Origin: Phycisphaeraceae bacterium
GTDB lineage: Bacteria; Planctomycetota; Phycisphaerae; Phycisphaerales; Phycisphaeraceae
Assembly (NCBI GenBank): GCA_963674705.1
Contig: OY771506.1
Coordinates: forward strand, 1,696,001 to 1,760,000
DNA: 64,000 nucleotides
Direction: 5' to 3'
The notes under the pieces are model-generated. The model worked only from the letters and a program-made list of their open reading frames with translations. It was not told the DNA's origin and made no database searches. A program made the translations under genes and the position numbers. Numbering within the stretch: position 1 is the stretch's first letter; the number at the start of each line of letters is the position of its first letter. Below are positions 36,504 to 46,791 of this stretch, piece after piece.

Positions 36504-37082
36504 TTAATAGACAATCGCGGTCACGTCTTCGATGGCTTCAACCACCTGTCGAACGTGGAAGGGCTTCTTGAGGTAGCTGTCGAATCCGTTCTGCACCAGG
36601 TGCTGAGCCTGGCCGTCGGTCAATTTGCCGCTCATGGCGATGACCTTGGTTAGTTGCAGATCGTCGTTACCCCGGATCAGTTTCAATACATCCTCACCCT
36701 TGACGTCGTTGAGATGCATGTCCAGCAGCATGACGTGCGGTCGGAACTTCTCACACTCAACGCCGCAGGCGAAGCCCGAGTGCGCGACGCGCACCTCGTA
36801 GTTGGCTTGCTCGGCCAGCACCTTCTCGAGGACCTCGACCGTTTCGGATTCACCGTCAACGATCAGGACCCGCATCTGGCCGGACTGTAAGCCGTCCATC
36901 GGGATGCTGTGGGCTTTCATGAATTTGATCAGGGCGTTCAGCGGTATCCGCCGGTCCTTCGACCCGGGGATCCGGTAGCCGCGAAGCTGTCCGGAATCGA
37001 ACCACTTGCTGACGGTCCTGGGGGCCACATTACAAATCTTGGCCACTTCACCCGTGGTCAGGATGTCTTTTTGCCTTGGCAT
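36504..37082 (-). CDS. Response regulator with N-terminal excisionase-like (HTH_17) DNA-binding domain
   Basis: LTTGEVAKICNVAPRTVSKWFDSG.L.GYRIPGS.DRRI then receiver LLD..KP. Confidence 0.9.
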   Translation of the reverse strand: MPRQKDILTTGEVAKICNVAPRTVSKWFDSGQLRGYRIPGSKDRRIPLNALIKFMKAHSIPMDGLQSGQMRVLIVDGESETVEVLEKVLAEQANYEVRVAHSGFACGVECEKFRPHVMLLDMHLNDVKGEDVLKLIRGNDDLQLTKVIAMSGKLTDGQAQHLVQNGFDSYLKKPFHVRQVVEAIEDVTAIVY

Positions 37083-37269
37083 GCGCAGATCACCTTTCTC
37101 CTGAAACACTCCTGCCAGACGCTTCACCCGGCGCCCGACAAAGAGATACATCGGTTAGGTGCGCCAGATGATTAAGGTGTCACAAAAGTAAATAATGGAT
37201 ATCCCGGATAACCGCCACCGGACTTACAAACACACATTCGGCCTATAAATACCGAAAAAAACACGCACT

Positions 37270-37515
37270 TCATCCGCCTGATACCGGGGGGATCAATGCC
37301 AGTTCGTCACCATTTTTTAATAGATGGTCTCCTGGCACGTATTCATGATTAACAGCGGTGGCTATCTGTGAAAGACGCGTTTTTAGCGCAGGAAAACGAT
37401 CTGTTAGCTCTCGGATTGCATCACAAACGGTTGCGTTATCGGACAAGTCCAGCGTGTACGAAGCCTGTCCAACATCATGCGCAAGCGCCGCAAAAAAAAG
37501 TACATTCACTTGCAT
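37270..37515 (-). CDS. moaD: Molybdopterin synthase sulfur carrier
   Basis: VLFFA, AVN.EY, C-terminal PPVSGG. Confidence 0.93.
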   Translation of the reverse strand: MQVNVLFFAALAHDVGQASYTLDLSDNATVCDAIRELTDRFPALKTRLSQIATAVNHEYVPGDHLLKNGDELALIPPVSGG

Positions 37516-38762
37516 ACACCACGTCCGATCATACGCAAAAAGGGGACGACTTCGCCTTCGTTGACGATCATTTTTTTCTTTGGCAAGCGTACAAATCCAT
37601 CTGCGTTAGCGGTGTGTGCCAGGTCGCCTGAGTTTTGCCAGCCGATAACGCGTGCCTTACCCGGACAGTCTTTTGCTAGTTGCGCGCATCGGAATGCTTC
37701 GCGATTGGGGTTAGGCTTGACCGTTTCGGTAAGTGAGACTTTGTCCCAGGCAAGCGAGGCATCCATCCCGGACAACTTGAGGATGATAGGCCAAGCAAAC
37801 AGGTGGAATGTTGCTAACACGCTGACGGGATTGCCGGGCAAACCAATAAACAGCGCACCTGTCTCATTTTTCTGCTTTGCAATCAGTACAGGTTTGCCGG
37901 GCTGGATCGCGGCGCCTTTGATAATTGTTTCAAAACCGAGTTCCTTGATTGCCCATGGGACGAAGTCGCGCGCACCGGCACTGACGCCGCCAACCGATAA
38001 CACGAGGTCTGATTTGTCCACGGCTTCACGTAACGCCGAAAGCGTCGCTTCCTTATCATCACAGACATGGACGTGATCCAGCCGTTCAACGTTGAGTTCA
38101 TGTAGAAGCGCATCGAGCATCGGGCCGTTGGCGTTTCGGATCTGTTGAGGGGCTAACGATTCGGTTGCAGTGGCTGCCGGCCGCACTTCGTCGCCGGTGC
38201 TTATGAGTGAAACACCGGGCTTGCGGTAAACGATAGGCATCACGCAGCCGACGGCAGCTGCGATACCGATGTGTTGCGGCGTTAACACCCGCCCCGTTTC
38301 GATCAATACATCCCCGCATCGCGCATCCGAACCACTTACGTGAATGAAAGCCCCGGCATTCACACGGTCCACCTCAAAGCGTACCTTACCGTCACGTTCT
38401 TCCGCCTGCTCCAGCGGGATCACCGCGTCAAACGCATCCGGCACTGAGGCCCCGGTTGCGATCGCAACGACACCATCTCCATAATTCAATGAGGCATCTA
38501 ATTCACTACCCGCCGACACGCTCGCCAACACGTTAAATACAACTTTATTATTGACCTTGCTGCTGCGTACCGCGTATCCATCCATCGTTGAACGATTAAA
38601 CGGCGGCTGGTCCCGGTCGGCCAGGATCGGCTCCGCAAGCACGCAGCCCAGTGCTGAAGCAAGCGGAACCGGTTCGGGTTCCAGTGCTTCAATCGATGCC
38701 AATACTTGCACCAGAGCCTCGTCGTAGCCCGGCAGGTTGTGTGTAGTTGGTTCGTGGACCAT
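37506..38762 (-). CDS. moeA: Molybdopterin molybdotransferase
   Basis: PPFNRSTMDGYAV, STGDE, GGVSAG, QPGKP, GLPGNPVS. Confidence 0.95.
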   Translation of the reverse strand: MVHEPTTHNLPGYDEALVQVLASIEALEPEPVPLASALGCVLAEPILADRDQPPFNRSTMDGYAVRSSKVNNKVVFNVLASVSAGSELDASLNYGDGVVAIATGASVPDAFDAVIPLEQAEERDGKVRFEVDRVNAGAFIHVSGSDARCGDVLIETGRVLTPQHIGIAAAVGCVMPIVYRKPGVSLISTGDEVRPAATATESLAPQQIRNANGPMLDALLHELNVERLDHVHVCDDKEATLSALREAVDKSDLVLSVGGVSAGARDFVPWAIKELGFETIIKGAAIQPGKPVLIAKQKNETGALFIGLPGNPVSVLATFHLFAWPIILKLSGMDASLAWDKVSLTETVKPNPNREAFRCAQLAKDCPGKARVIGWQNSGDLAHTANADGFVRLPKKKMIVNEGEVVPFLRMIGRGVCK

Positions 38763-38847
38763 GCCTACATGATACGCCATCGGGGGCATAATTCTTGCAC
38801 GGATTAGCTGTTTTGCTCATCACACCGAGGGGCCCTAAACTCTGGCC

Positions 38848-39531
38848 ATGCTTAAAGCGATCGTATTTGATTTTGACGGCGTAGTGGTCGATTCCGAGCC
38901 GCTGCATTACCAGGCCATCGTGGAAGTCAGCAAACAGTTGGGGTTTTCGTTTGATTACGAGCAATATCTCAACAAATATATCGGCTACGACGACCGGGAC
39001 GTGTTCCGCGTGATTCTTGAAGCAGCCGGCAAGCCTGTTGAAAACGCCACCGTGGTTGAGCTATCCAAACAGAAACAACTCGTGTTTGAGAAGCTGGTCA
39101 ACAGCGGCGCCGCCGCGATCCCCGGGGCGGTTGAACTGATTGATGAGGCCCACGGCCAGATCCCCATCGCGATCGCTAGCGGTGCGACGATGCTGGATAT
39201 CGAATTGATGCTTCAGTGTCTTGGTCGGCGCGATTGTTTCGAGACGATCGTCTCCGCGGACCAGGTCGAACGATCCAAGCCCGATCCGACGACGTATCGC
39301 ATGGCTGTCGAGCAACTGGCTGAGAAGTATCCCGACTTGAAACTGACACCGGGCGAATGCCTGGCGATCGAAGATACCGCGGCGGGCATCGAAGCGGCAC
39401 GTGGCGCGGGATTAATGACGCTTGGGATTTCAACGACAGGGCCGGCATCGCTGTTGTCACGGGCACACCGTGTAAATCCCGGGCTTGAAGGCGTCACGCT
39501 CGAACAACTGCGCAAGTGGTACGACGAGTGA
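38848..39531 (+). CDS. HAD family phosphatase
   Basis: FDFDGVVVDSE, KPDP, IED. Confidence 0.92.
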   Translation: MLKAIVFDFDGVVVDSEPLHYQAIVEVSKQLGFSFDYEQYLNKYIGYDDRDVFRVILEAAGKPVENATVVELSKQKQLVFEKLVNSGAAAIPGAVELIDEAHGQIPIAIASGATMLDIELMLQCLGRRDCFETIVSADQVERSKPDPTTYRMAVEQLAEKYPDLKLTPGECLAIEDTAAGIEAARGAGLMTLGISTTGPASLLSRAHRVNPGLEGVTLEQLRKWYDE

Positions 39532-39597
39532 ATGTGTTGATCGTTTGATAGACCAAGACCCATTACTGTTGTATTTGATAGGACTGTTTGGAGACAG

Positions 39598-40965
39598 ATG
39601 AGCGATTCAGCCCCTTTAATGTTGAGCGTGAGTGGGATGCGCGGCCTGGTGGGCCGATCCATCACGCCTGATGTTGTTGCACGTTATGCGGCAGCTTTTG
39701 GCAGTTGGTTAAGACAATCCACTGACGCGGCCACGCCGCATGTTGTTCTCGGGCGAGATTCCCGGCCGTCGGGGCAGATGTTTGAGATGGCTGCTGCCGC
39801 GGGCTTGATCGCTGCTGGTTGTCGTGTCACACGCATCGGCATCATCAGCACGCCCGGTGTCGCCATCATGATCGGCCACCACAAAGCCGAAGGCGGTATG
39901 GTTATCACCGCCAGCCACAACCCGATCATCTGGAACGGTGTGAAAGCCCTACGTCATGACGGCGCAGCGCCCCCCGCTGACCAGGCGGCCCAGATCATTC
40001 AGCGTTATAAAGATAGTGACCTGGATTACGTTCCCGTTGAACAACTGCACGCAAGCGGTGAAGACAACACCGGCGTGAAAGTCCACGTCGACAGCATACT
40101 ACCGCACGTCGATGTGCAAGCCATTAAAGATGCGAAGCTCAAGGCCGTGGTGGATAGCGTGAACGGCGCGGGCGGTGATGAAGCGAAAGCCTTACTCAAG
40201 GCGCTGGGAGTTGAGATCGTTCATATGTATCCCGAGCCGACAGGCATCTTCCCGCATACACCTGAACCGACCAAGGAAAACCTTACCGAGCTGAGCGCAA
40301 AGACGGCTGAATGTGGAGCCGCCATCGGCTTCGCACAAGACCCGGACGCAGATCGTTTGGCGGTGGTCGATGAAAAGGGAACCTACATCGGCGAGGAATA
40401 CACGCTGGCGTTATCTGTAATGCACTTGCTCGAATCCGGTGGTACAGCGGTCGCCAACCTGTCCACCAGCCGGATGATCGACGACATCGCGGCGAAGGTC
40501 GGCGCGAAAGTTCAACGCACGGCGGTCGGCGAAGCAAACGTGGCAGCGGGCATGGCACAATGTAGATCGGTCATCGGCGGCGAGGGTAACGGCGGCGTGA
40601 TCTGGAGCAAGGTCAGCGGCGTACGCGACAGCCTCGTCGGCATGGCCCTACTACTGGAACTGCTTGCTAAACGCGGTAAACCGCTCAGCGAACTCGTCGC
40701 TGAAGTCCCCGCATACGCCATCGTCAAGGATAAGGTTGATGCGACTCAGCAACTGATCGATCAGATCAAGCCCATTCTCTCTGAAGCATTCAAAGACCAG
40801 AAGCTCGATACTCAGGACGGCGTGCGTATTGATTGGCCCGACCGTTGGGTCCACGTACGCCCGAGCAATACCGAGCCGATCATTCGCTTGATTGCGGAAG
40901 CTTCAACGCAAGACACAGCCGAGAAGATGATCAGCGATGTGCGTGCTGCACTCGGCTTGGGCTGA
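39598..40965 (+). CDS. glmM: Phosphoglucosamine mutase / phosphohexomutase
   Basis: ITASHNP, DPDADR, GGEGNGG, RPSNTEP. Confidence 0.88.
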   Translation: MSDSAPLMLSVSGMRGLVGRSITPDVVARYAAAFGSWLRQSTDAATPHVVLGRDSRPSGQMFEMAAAAGLIAAGCRVTRIGIISTPGVAIMIGHHKAEGGMVITASHNPIIWNGVKALRHDGAAPPADQAAQIIQRYKDSDLDYVPVEQLHASGEDNTGVKVHVDSILPHVDVQAIKDAKLKAVVDSVNGAGGDEAKALLKALGVEIVHMYPEPTGIFPHTPEPTKENLTELSAKTAECGAAIGFAQDPDADRLAVVDEKGTYIGEEYTLALSVMHLLESGGTAVANLSTSRMIDDIAAKVGAKVQRTAVGEANVAAGMAQCRSVIGGEGNGGVIWSKVSGVRDSLVGMALLLELLAKRGKPLSELVAEVPAYAIVKDKVDATQQLIDQIKPILSEAFKDQKLDTQDGVRIDWPDRWVHVRPSNTEPIIRLIAEASTQDTAEKMISDVRAALGLG

Positions 40966-40997
40966 TCATTTGAATGATAAAAACAGATCGTGATGAA

Positions 40998-41546
40998 TCA
41001 CCAGTCTGAACGGATCATCGCCTCGGCGTTCATTCGTGGTTTATCCACCGGCGTGAAAGCGACCTTCAAGAGCGTGGCCTGCTTGGCGATACGCAGGTTG
41101 TCTACGCCCAGGCGGAACAGGTAGCCGCGTGTGATCGGGTCGTAATGCTCTCGTTGTTGGGCGAGCGTCATCGTTTCCGCATTCCATGTGTATAGCAAAC
41201 GTTGTGGGGCGCTTCCCAGTGATTCATCGACGCTGTATAGCTCGATCCTGAAGGTCCCCGCCGCCTTCATCGGGTCACCCATCTGGTCGAACAACTCGAA
41301 ACGCGCTTCGAGGATCGCTCGGCCGGACTCCTGGATGAACCGCGTTGACGGATAAACCCGGATACTGGTCGGCTCCGGCGTCCAATACACCGCTGGTTGT
41401 CCCGGAGGCTCAGGGCTCTCGTTTATCGCCGGCGTTGTCTGTTGCGCCGGCGGCGCCTCGCAGCCCACAATCAGCAACAACATCAGGCACACCAACCACC
41501 TGATCGATGAAGTCGCTACGCCCGTGATGTTTATCCGTGGACCCAT
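40998..41546 (-). CDS. Hypothetical lipoprotein
   Basis: Lipobox IVGC, Pro-rich linker, beta-rich domain. Confidence 0.7.
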   Translation of the reverse strand: MGPRINITGVATSSIRWLVCLMLLLIVGCEAPPAQQTTPAINESPEPPGQPAVYWTPEPTSIRVYPSTRFIQESGRAILEARFELFDQMGDPMKAAGTFRIELYSVDESLGSAPQRLLYTWNAETMTLAQQREHYDPITRGYLFRLGVDNLRIAKQATLLKVAFTPVDKPRMNAEAMIRSDW

Positions 41547-41581
41547 ATGCTGAAAAAGAATAGATCGCTTACCCGCCTGTA

Positions 41582-41827
41582 TCAAGAACCGCCTGAATCT
41601 TCCACGTTCGTGGCGACACGCTGGGCGTCGATCGATGCCTCGGCCTTCACATATCCCAGCGACGTCGCCAGGATCACGAGCAACGAGGTAATCGACGTCG
41701 ATGCATCCACGATCGCGCTCTCTTGGCCGGGCCAGAACAGCACGATCAGGGCGGTGATCTGGGCGGAGACCGCCAGGATGAACTTCCGGCTGGCCCAACG
41801 GGGTATCGTCGTTTGTGTTTGTGACAT
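41582..41827 (-). CDS. Holin-like two-TM protein
   Basis: SRKFILAV motif plus two TM segments, 81 aa. Confidence 0.55.
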   Translation of the reverse strand: MSQTQTTIPRWASRKFILAVSAQITALIVLFWPGQESAIVDASTSITSLLVILATSLGYVKAEASIDAQRVATNVEDSGGS

Positions 41828-41863
41828 AGGGAATTCCTTGGATTCGTTTTTGAAGGTTTTGTC

Positions 41864-42121
41864 TCAGGACGGAAGGATTTGCTTGATAATCGTCTCGGTT
41901 ATATTCAATAGCCGCGATGCTCGGATCAGGGTTGCTTCGTTGATGCCGGCTTCTCGCATCGCTGCGATGAACTGTGGGTCATCCCGGAGCAACTGCACCG
42001 CGGATTCCACCAGACGCACCCGATCGATCGCCTCGGCCAGGTGAGGGTGCCTCGCCGCCCATTCATTCCAACGGACATCGATCTTCTCGCTGACAAGCGT
42101 ACGCAGTTCCTGGCTACTCAT
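41864..42121 (-). CDS. Small hypothetical helical protein
   Basis: Start overlaps upstream stop; MSSQELR. Confidence 0.65.
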   Translation of the reverse strand: MSSQELRTLVSEKIDVRWNEWAARHPHLAEAIDRVRLVESAVQLLRDDPQFIAAMREAGINEATLIRASRLLNITETIIKQILPS

Positions 42122-42611
42122 TTGTCGTGTTCCTTTGCATGACATCAAATCCATGTAACAGTTGCTCGAGGTTGTCACCGGTAATATCTTCAAGCAGCCC
42201 TTCTTGCTGTTCGATTAGTACGATGGCTCGTTTTGTTGCTGATGCAGCGGTGCGTAAGTTTTCGGCACGACCGCGTTGTGCTTCAGCCAAACTTGCCTGG
42301 TGCGTCAACAGGGTCTCTCTTGCCATCACATACACAGCTGTGGCTTCACTTACCCATTGCGGTGTTAGTTGTTCAGCCCGTTGCAGATCATGCAGGTATG
42401 CATCCTCAAGTGCATCGAGGTTATTTCGTGTATTAGCCTGCTCACGTTCAGCATCGTCTTCGAGCCTTGCGGATTCTTCGGTTAGTGCACGCTCTGTGAT
42501 CTGTAGCAGCGGCACGACGGATGAAGGTGTGCTGCATCCGCAAAGAATAATGATCGCAGAAAGAGCCAGAAACAGCAGACTCCATTCAGATCGTCTTGTG
42601 ATCCATGTCAT
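42114..42611 (-). CDS. Coiled-coil lipoprotein (spanin-like by position)
   Basis: Lipobox LCGC then long alpha-helical region. Confidence 0.6.
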   Translation of the reverse strand: MTWITRRSEWSLLFLALSAIIILCGCSTPSSVVPLLQITERALTEESARLEDDAEREQANTRNNLDALEDAYLHDLQRAEQLTPQWVSEATAVYVMARETLLTHQASLAEAQRGRAENLRTAASATKRAIVLIEQQEGLLEDITGDNLEQLLHGFDVMQRNTTNE

Positions 42612-42855
42612 GATGCATCTTCTCCAGGAGTTCTTTGAGTTGCAGTTGAGTCCGGTCGAATCGCGCAATCGCACGCGTGTTCTGCCTGACGAGCTTGACT
42701 AATGTGTTCAGCTCGTGGTGTTGTTGCTGTAGATGGATGTGGGCCTCATTAAGCTGCGCCTCACGCTTGCGCGACATCAAACGCTCCCACACCCAAAGCA
42801 TACCCATCAGGCCCGCCACGCCGAACTGTGTCAGCGGTTGTATCGCATCCATCAT
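42586..42855 (-). CDS. Single-TM coiled-coil protein (BhlA/UviB holin-like)
   Basis: QFGVAGLMGMLWVWE then SRKRE and coiled coil; RBS gaggtg. Confidence 0.55.
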   Translation of the reverse strand: MMDAIQPLTQFGVAGLMGMLWVWERLMSRKREAQLNEAHIHLQQQHHELNTLVKLVRQNTRAIARFDRTQLQLKELLEKMHHDMDHKTI

Positions 42856-42877
42856 CTTGAACACCTCTTGTGTGGTG

Positions 42878-44653
42878 CTAGTAAACCATCGTTATGGCAG
42901 TGGTTCGGCCACGCGTCGGATGCATGGCAAAACGTGTTTGGACCGAACGGATAGTTCCGCCAGATCGTGTTGCCGATTGGGGGAGCCCGTCGATAGCCTT
43001 GTCTAACCCCTTGACTTCAAGCAACCGATCACCTGGTTTAAGGAAAGGTCTGGTTCCCGTAAGCACAAGCGTTGCACTAGCGCCTCTTATATGGCTACCG
43101 TTGGCGTGCCTTGTAACACGATCGGTCAACCATGCGAACATAGCCTGTTGGTCATCAGATATATCCGCCTGCAAGTTTCCCATCGAAAAATCCGAGTAAT
43201 GAATGCTTTGCGGATCTATCCTGGCAAATCGGAACTGATCCGACACATCTAACACTTTCGGATCAAGCGTGCAGCGGAACGGATTACCAAACCAGCGGCT
43301 TAATTCGATAGGCTTTGGGCTTGTAAGACTGGCTGTTACACGCACGCGTGCAGTGCCGTTCTTCGCTGCCGCCAGGAAGTCCATGGGTAGTGTTTTCGGA
43401 TCGAGATAAATCCCAGCCCGATCGGTCAGGATAGCTGAGGCCATTACAATGCTGACCCAACTACTGCCAGCATTAACGCTGACTTCGATTTCAGGCTTGC
43501 GTGGATCGCCCCACTCATCGAGTGTCAGGTTGTCTTCAAAGCGAAGCGGCTGTGGATTGATACCGCTGGTGCTGAAGAACGCATTCAAGTTGAATGCCTG
43601 GCCACGGTTATATGGTGACAGAGTGTAATAGCCATCTTCATTGAGTACCCAACGCCGATATACGTCGGCATACAAAACAAAGTTCGAGCTGTCATCCTTG
43701 TCGTACTCGTCATCAGCCCGTCCTTCCAGTGCAGGGTCCCAGCCGCCGACCAAATCAAACGTTGATTCCACTCGCCAGCCGTCGGCTCGGGCGATCCAAA
43801 GTCGAGCTGCGGATGTGGGTTGTAGGGTGTTGACCTCGATCACCTCGCCGATGGGGTTGCTCTCACTTGGCCAATTGATTCTGATCGGCCGACCAGCCGA
43901 CGCTGGGCGAACGACGCGGCGCTCGATGATGACACCGCTCTCACATGATAGATCACGTTGAACTACCAGATCGTACGTATCAAGCAGGTCCTCAAGTACA
44001 TCGCGTATCGGTTTGCGTAGATCGACCGTCTCCGACAACACACATTCTGAAAGCTGACGGGGTAGACCAGTTGTTGATAATTCCAAGTTGGCTAATGCAG
44101 ATAAAGTCCTGATCGCCTCGCCCACGGTCCACACTAAGCCTGAATCTTCTTGTAGAACATACACCCACGAGCCATTGAATATGACCTTGTTGGCGGAACA
44201 ATTAGCACTTACGCCGATCTTTAAGATCCCCGAATCCATCGTAAATAAGATTCCGCCTGCCCCGATCCACCAGATATCGGTCATTGATTTGTCTGTCAGT
44301 TCGGTCCATGCATCACGCAATTCAAAATGTAATTCGTGTGTGCCTGCCGCTTCGGAAGTATCAAGCTGATAAAGTCGGCCGTTCGATAATACGGACCATT
44401 TTGTCAGCCCGTCTGATAGCTGTAAGGGGATAGCAATCGTGGCTTGAGCATTGAGCCATCGTGAGCGGGTACATGATGTGATTGTGGCATCGTTTGAGAC
44501 AAGTTGCGATGTACGAATGTCTAATGGGCCGGCGACATGATGCGACGCGACCGAAAGGCGTGGTTCCGGGACGCCATCGATCAGCACGACAGGTTCAGGA
44601 TCGTCGGTGATGGCTGATTTCGCTAATTTGTCAAGAGATGCGCAAGCGGTCAT
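42878..44653 (-). CDS. Putative virion tip/baseplate-hub-like protein
   Basis: 591 aa beta-rich ORF, ATGA-coupled to upstream gene; function inferred from position. Confidence 0.45.
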   Translation of the reverse strand: MTACASLDKLAKSAITDDPEPVVLIDGVPEPRLSVASHHVAGPLDIRTSQLVSNDATITSCTRSRWLNAQATIAIPLQLSDGLTKWSVLSNGRLYQLDTSEAAGTHELHFELRDAWTELTDKSMTDIWWIGAGGILFTMDSGILKIGVSANCSANKVIFNGSWVYVLQEDSGLVWTVGEAIRTLSALANLELSTTGLPRQLSECVLSETVDLRKPIRDVLEDLLDTYDLVVQRDLSCESGVIIERRVVRPASAGRPIRINWPSESNPIGEVIEVNTLQPTSAARLWIARADGWRVESTFDLVGGWDPALEGRADDEYDKDDSSNFVLYADVYRRWVLNEDGYYTLSPYNRGQAFNLNAFFSTSGINPQPLRFEDNLTLDEWGDPRKPEIEVSVNAGSSWVSIVMASAILTDRAGIYLDPKTLPMDFLAAAKNGTARVRVTASLTSPKPIELSRWFGNPFRCTLDPKVLDVSDQFRFARIDPQSIHYSDFSMGNLQADISDDQQAMFAWLTDRVTRHANGSHIRGASATLVLTGTRPFLKPGDRLLEVKGLDKAIDGLPQSATRSGGTIRSVQTRFAMHPTRGRTTAITMVY

Positions 44654-46791
44654 GCGGATGCTCCTTGTACCTGCAGGTATGCTGTCGGCGTCCCTGCAGG
44701 CTCAAACCAATCAGAGAAAGGTGTGTATTGCTCGACACCATCGTGCGAAGCAAACCGCCAGCGATAACGCGTCTTTGTTGTGGGGAGCGGCAAAGAGACT
44801 TCGATAGTATGGCTCAATACGTCGAAGTCAGGCGTGTCAACAACAGTTACCGCTTGACCGGTCACCTGGTGCAGCAGTTCAATCCATTGAATACCTGAGT
44901 CGCCAAGTCTGCTACTCCAGATGGCCGACAGTCGAACCTCACCATTTTCAATACATAATGGCCAAGCTTCGACATCAGGCCAGGCAGGCATCGTGATCGT
45001 TTGAAGTAACGCACCATCCACGCGCTCGACACAGATGCTCCTGCTCGATGCCTCGAGCCTGCCTTCAGAATCACTGCGACGAATCACATAGTGCCAGATG
45101 CTGTTTGAGGCCGGCAGGTCGTTACTCAAATTGATAGAAGTTGAATCGGCCGACAACACATAACTTGGCGACGTTACATCCATCTCTTCCAGTGATGCCA
45201 ATGGCCCGAATAATTCGATCCCCTGCTTGGGCATCATGACCTTCATCAACGGGTCACCCACCAGATAAAAGCCAGATCGCAATACAGGCTGTGCGACATG
45301 CCATGCTTCCGCCAGCGTCCAGCCATGAGTGAGTGCGCCAAAGAACGCATCCACGTCAGGAATCGCCGTAATGGGATTGTCGCGACAGGATGCAATAGCT
45401 GCAGCGTATCCCGCATGAATCGGCGTATCGATCCAGTTACCCGGTGTTTCACTACGTAACGTCGTCGCTGAAGCCCCAAGGTATAGTTGTACGCATACCG
45501 CTCTCTGGCCCGGCGGATCAACAAAGATATTGGGGTCAGGCAATGACGAATCCCAGCCCCAGTAAACGCCATCGCCAGACACATCAGCGAAACTCGCTTC
45601 TTCGTTGCTTGCCGGATCGCCACTTAACACAATCGGTAATCGGGTTTGCATGCTACCCATCCCTGTCGTCCAATCCAGCATGCCGGTAAACGCCTGTTGA
45701 TAAGTTGGCTCATCCCCGACGAACGGATCGAAGTAGATCGTGGATTCTGCACTGTTAAGCCCCGAGTTATTGATTGTTGTCGCGCTATCGAGCACGTTGT
45801 ATGCCTGCTGTAAATCATGCGCATCGAAACGCGCCGTCATTCTGACGCCGGATAGATCGTTAAAAGAGAGCCGTTGGAGTTCGGCCGGGGAGGCATTCGG
45901 ATTGGTTAACATACCTGCAGTTAGATTGTTGGTATGTATGAGCGCAGGAATCGCTTCAATCGGCCCCTGTCCCGTGAAGTCGACGTATCCGGGCGCTCGG
46001 TAACCTATCAATATGCCCATGATCTGGTTCATCAGATGATTGTCAGTCAGATAATCATCAATCTGATTAACCATCGACACATACTCAGCCGCATCAATTA
46101 TCTCTGTTACAGGCAAAACCAAACCAAGAAGATTAGCAAACGGTATGTCGTGTAATTGCCGGTATGCCTCGACCCATAGTGCCGCATCGGCAACCGCCAG
46201 GTTGTACACCACCAGCCAGCGTGCCGGATCTCCTGCGTGCTCTTGCGCAGGCTGCACGGTCACCGGTCCGATGTATTCATCCGCAAGTATCAATTCATCC
46301 AGAAATAACTCACCCGTTACATCGGTCTGCTTATTAATAACACCGAACAGGATGGTCTTGATCCCAACACCGCCCAGATCAGCACTTGGATGATCCACTA
46401 GCACACCATTGACCCAGAGATTCAAGACTCCCCCGCTGCTATCCAACGCGACTTCAATACATTGCCACGAGATCACACCATCCAGGATTGCCGACGCATG
46501 TACAATACCGGGTGTGCTTGCAGTGATAGTGCGAGAAGACGAGTCATAGCTGATGCGCAGTACTTCTTTACCTTGTTGATCCAGTCCTGCAAGCAGCACC
46601 AGGCACCCCCCATTGATCTGTCGGGGGTTCAGGACAAAACGAATATGTAGAAGCGACTTCTCGTTCTCCAAATCATGTCGGATATATCTGCCCTCATCAC
46701 CAGATGACAAAGTCACTTGCAGGCTTCGGCCTCCGTCCTTCGGCCGATCGGGAAATGTGCATGTGTCTGTTTGGTTCAGCATCGTGCCCAT
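44650..46791 (-). CDS. Multidomain protein: lectin-like N-terminus plus TIGR03790-like domain
   Basis: WLVVYN..Y...IP.ANLLGL, ARFD, YWGW, GWTLAEAW..LVGDPL. Confidence 0.65.
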   Translation of the reverse strand: MGTMLNQTDTCTFPDRPKDGGRSLQVTLSSGDEGRYIRHDLENEKSLLHIRFVLNPRQINGGCLVLLAGLDQQGKEVLRISYDSSSRTITASTPGIVHASAILDGVISWQCIEVALDSSGGVLNLWVNGVLVDHPSADLGGVGIKTILFGVINKQTDVTGELFLDELILADEYIGPVTVQPAQEHAGDPARWLVVYNLAVADAALWVEAYRQLHDIPFANLLGLVLPVTEIIDAAEYVSMVNQIDDYLTDNHLMNQIMGILIGYRAPGYVDFTGQGPIEAIPALIHTNNLTAGMLTNPNASPAELQRLSFNDLSGVRMTARFDAHDLQQAYNVLDSATTINNSGLNSAESTIYFDPFVGDEPTYQQAFTGMLDWTTGMGSMQTRLPIVLSGDPASNEEASFADVSGDGVYWGWDSSLPDPNIFVDPPGQRAVCVQLYLGASATTLRSETPGNWIDTPIHAGYAAAIASCRDNPITAIPDVDAFFGALTHGWTLAEAWHVAQPVLRSGFYLVGDPLMKVMMPKQGIELFGPLASLEEMDVTSPSYVLSADSTSINLSNDLPASNSIWHYVIRRSDSEGRLEASSRSICVERVDGALLQTITMPAWPDVEAWPLCIENGEVRLSAIWSSRLGDSGIQWIELLHQVTGQAVTVVDTPDFDVLSHTIEVSLPLPTTKTRYRWRFASHDGVEQYTPFSDWFEPAGTPTAYLQVQGASA

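Noticed and set aside
36504..37082. Prophage excisionase
   Set aside because: The Xis-like HTH is fused to a receiver domain, a common regulator architecture, and no integrase is nearby
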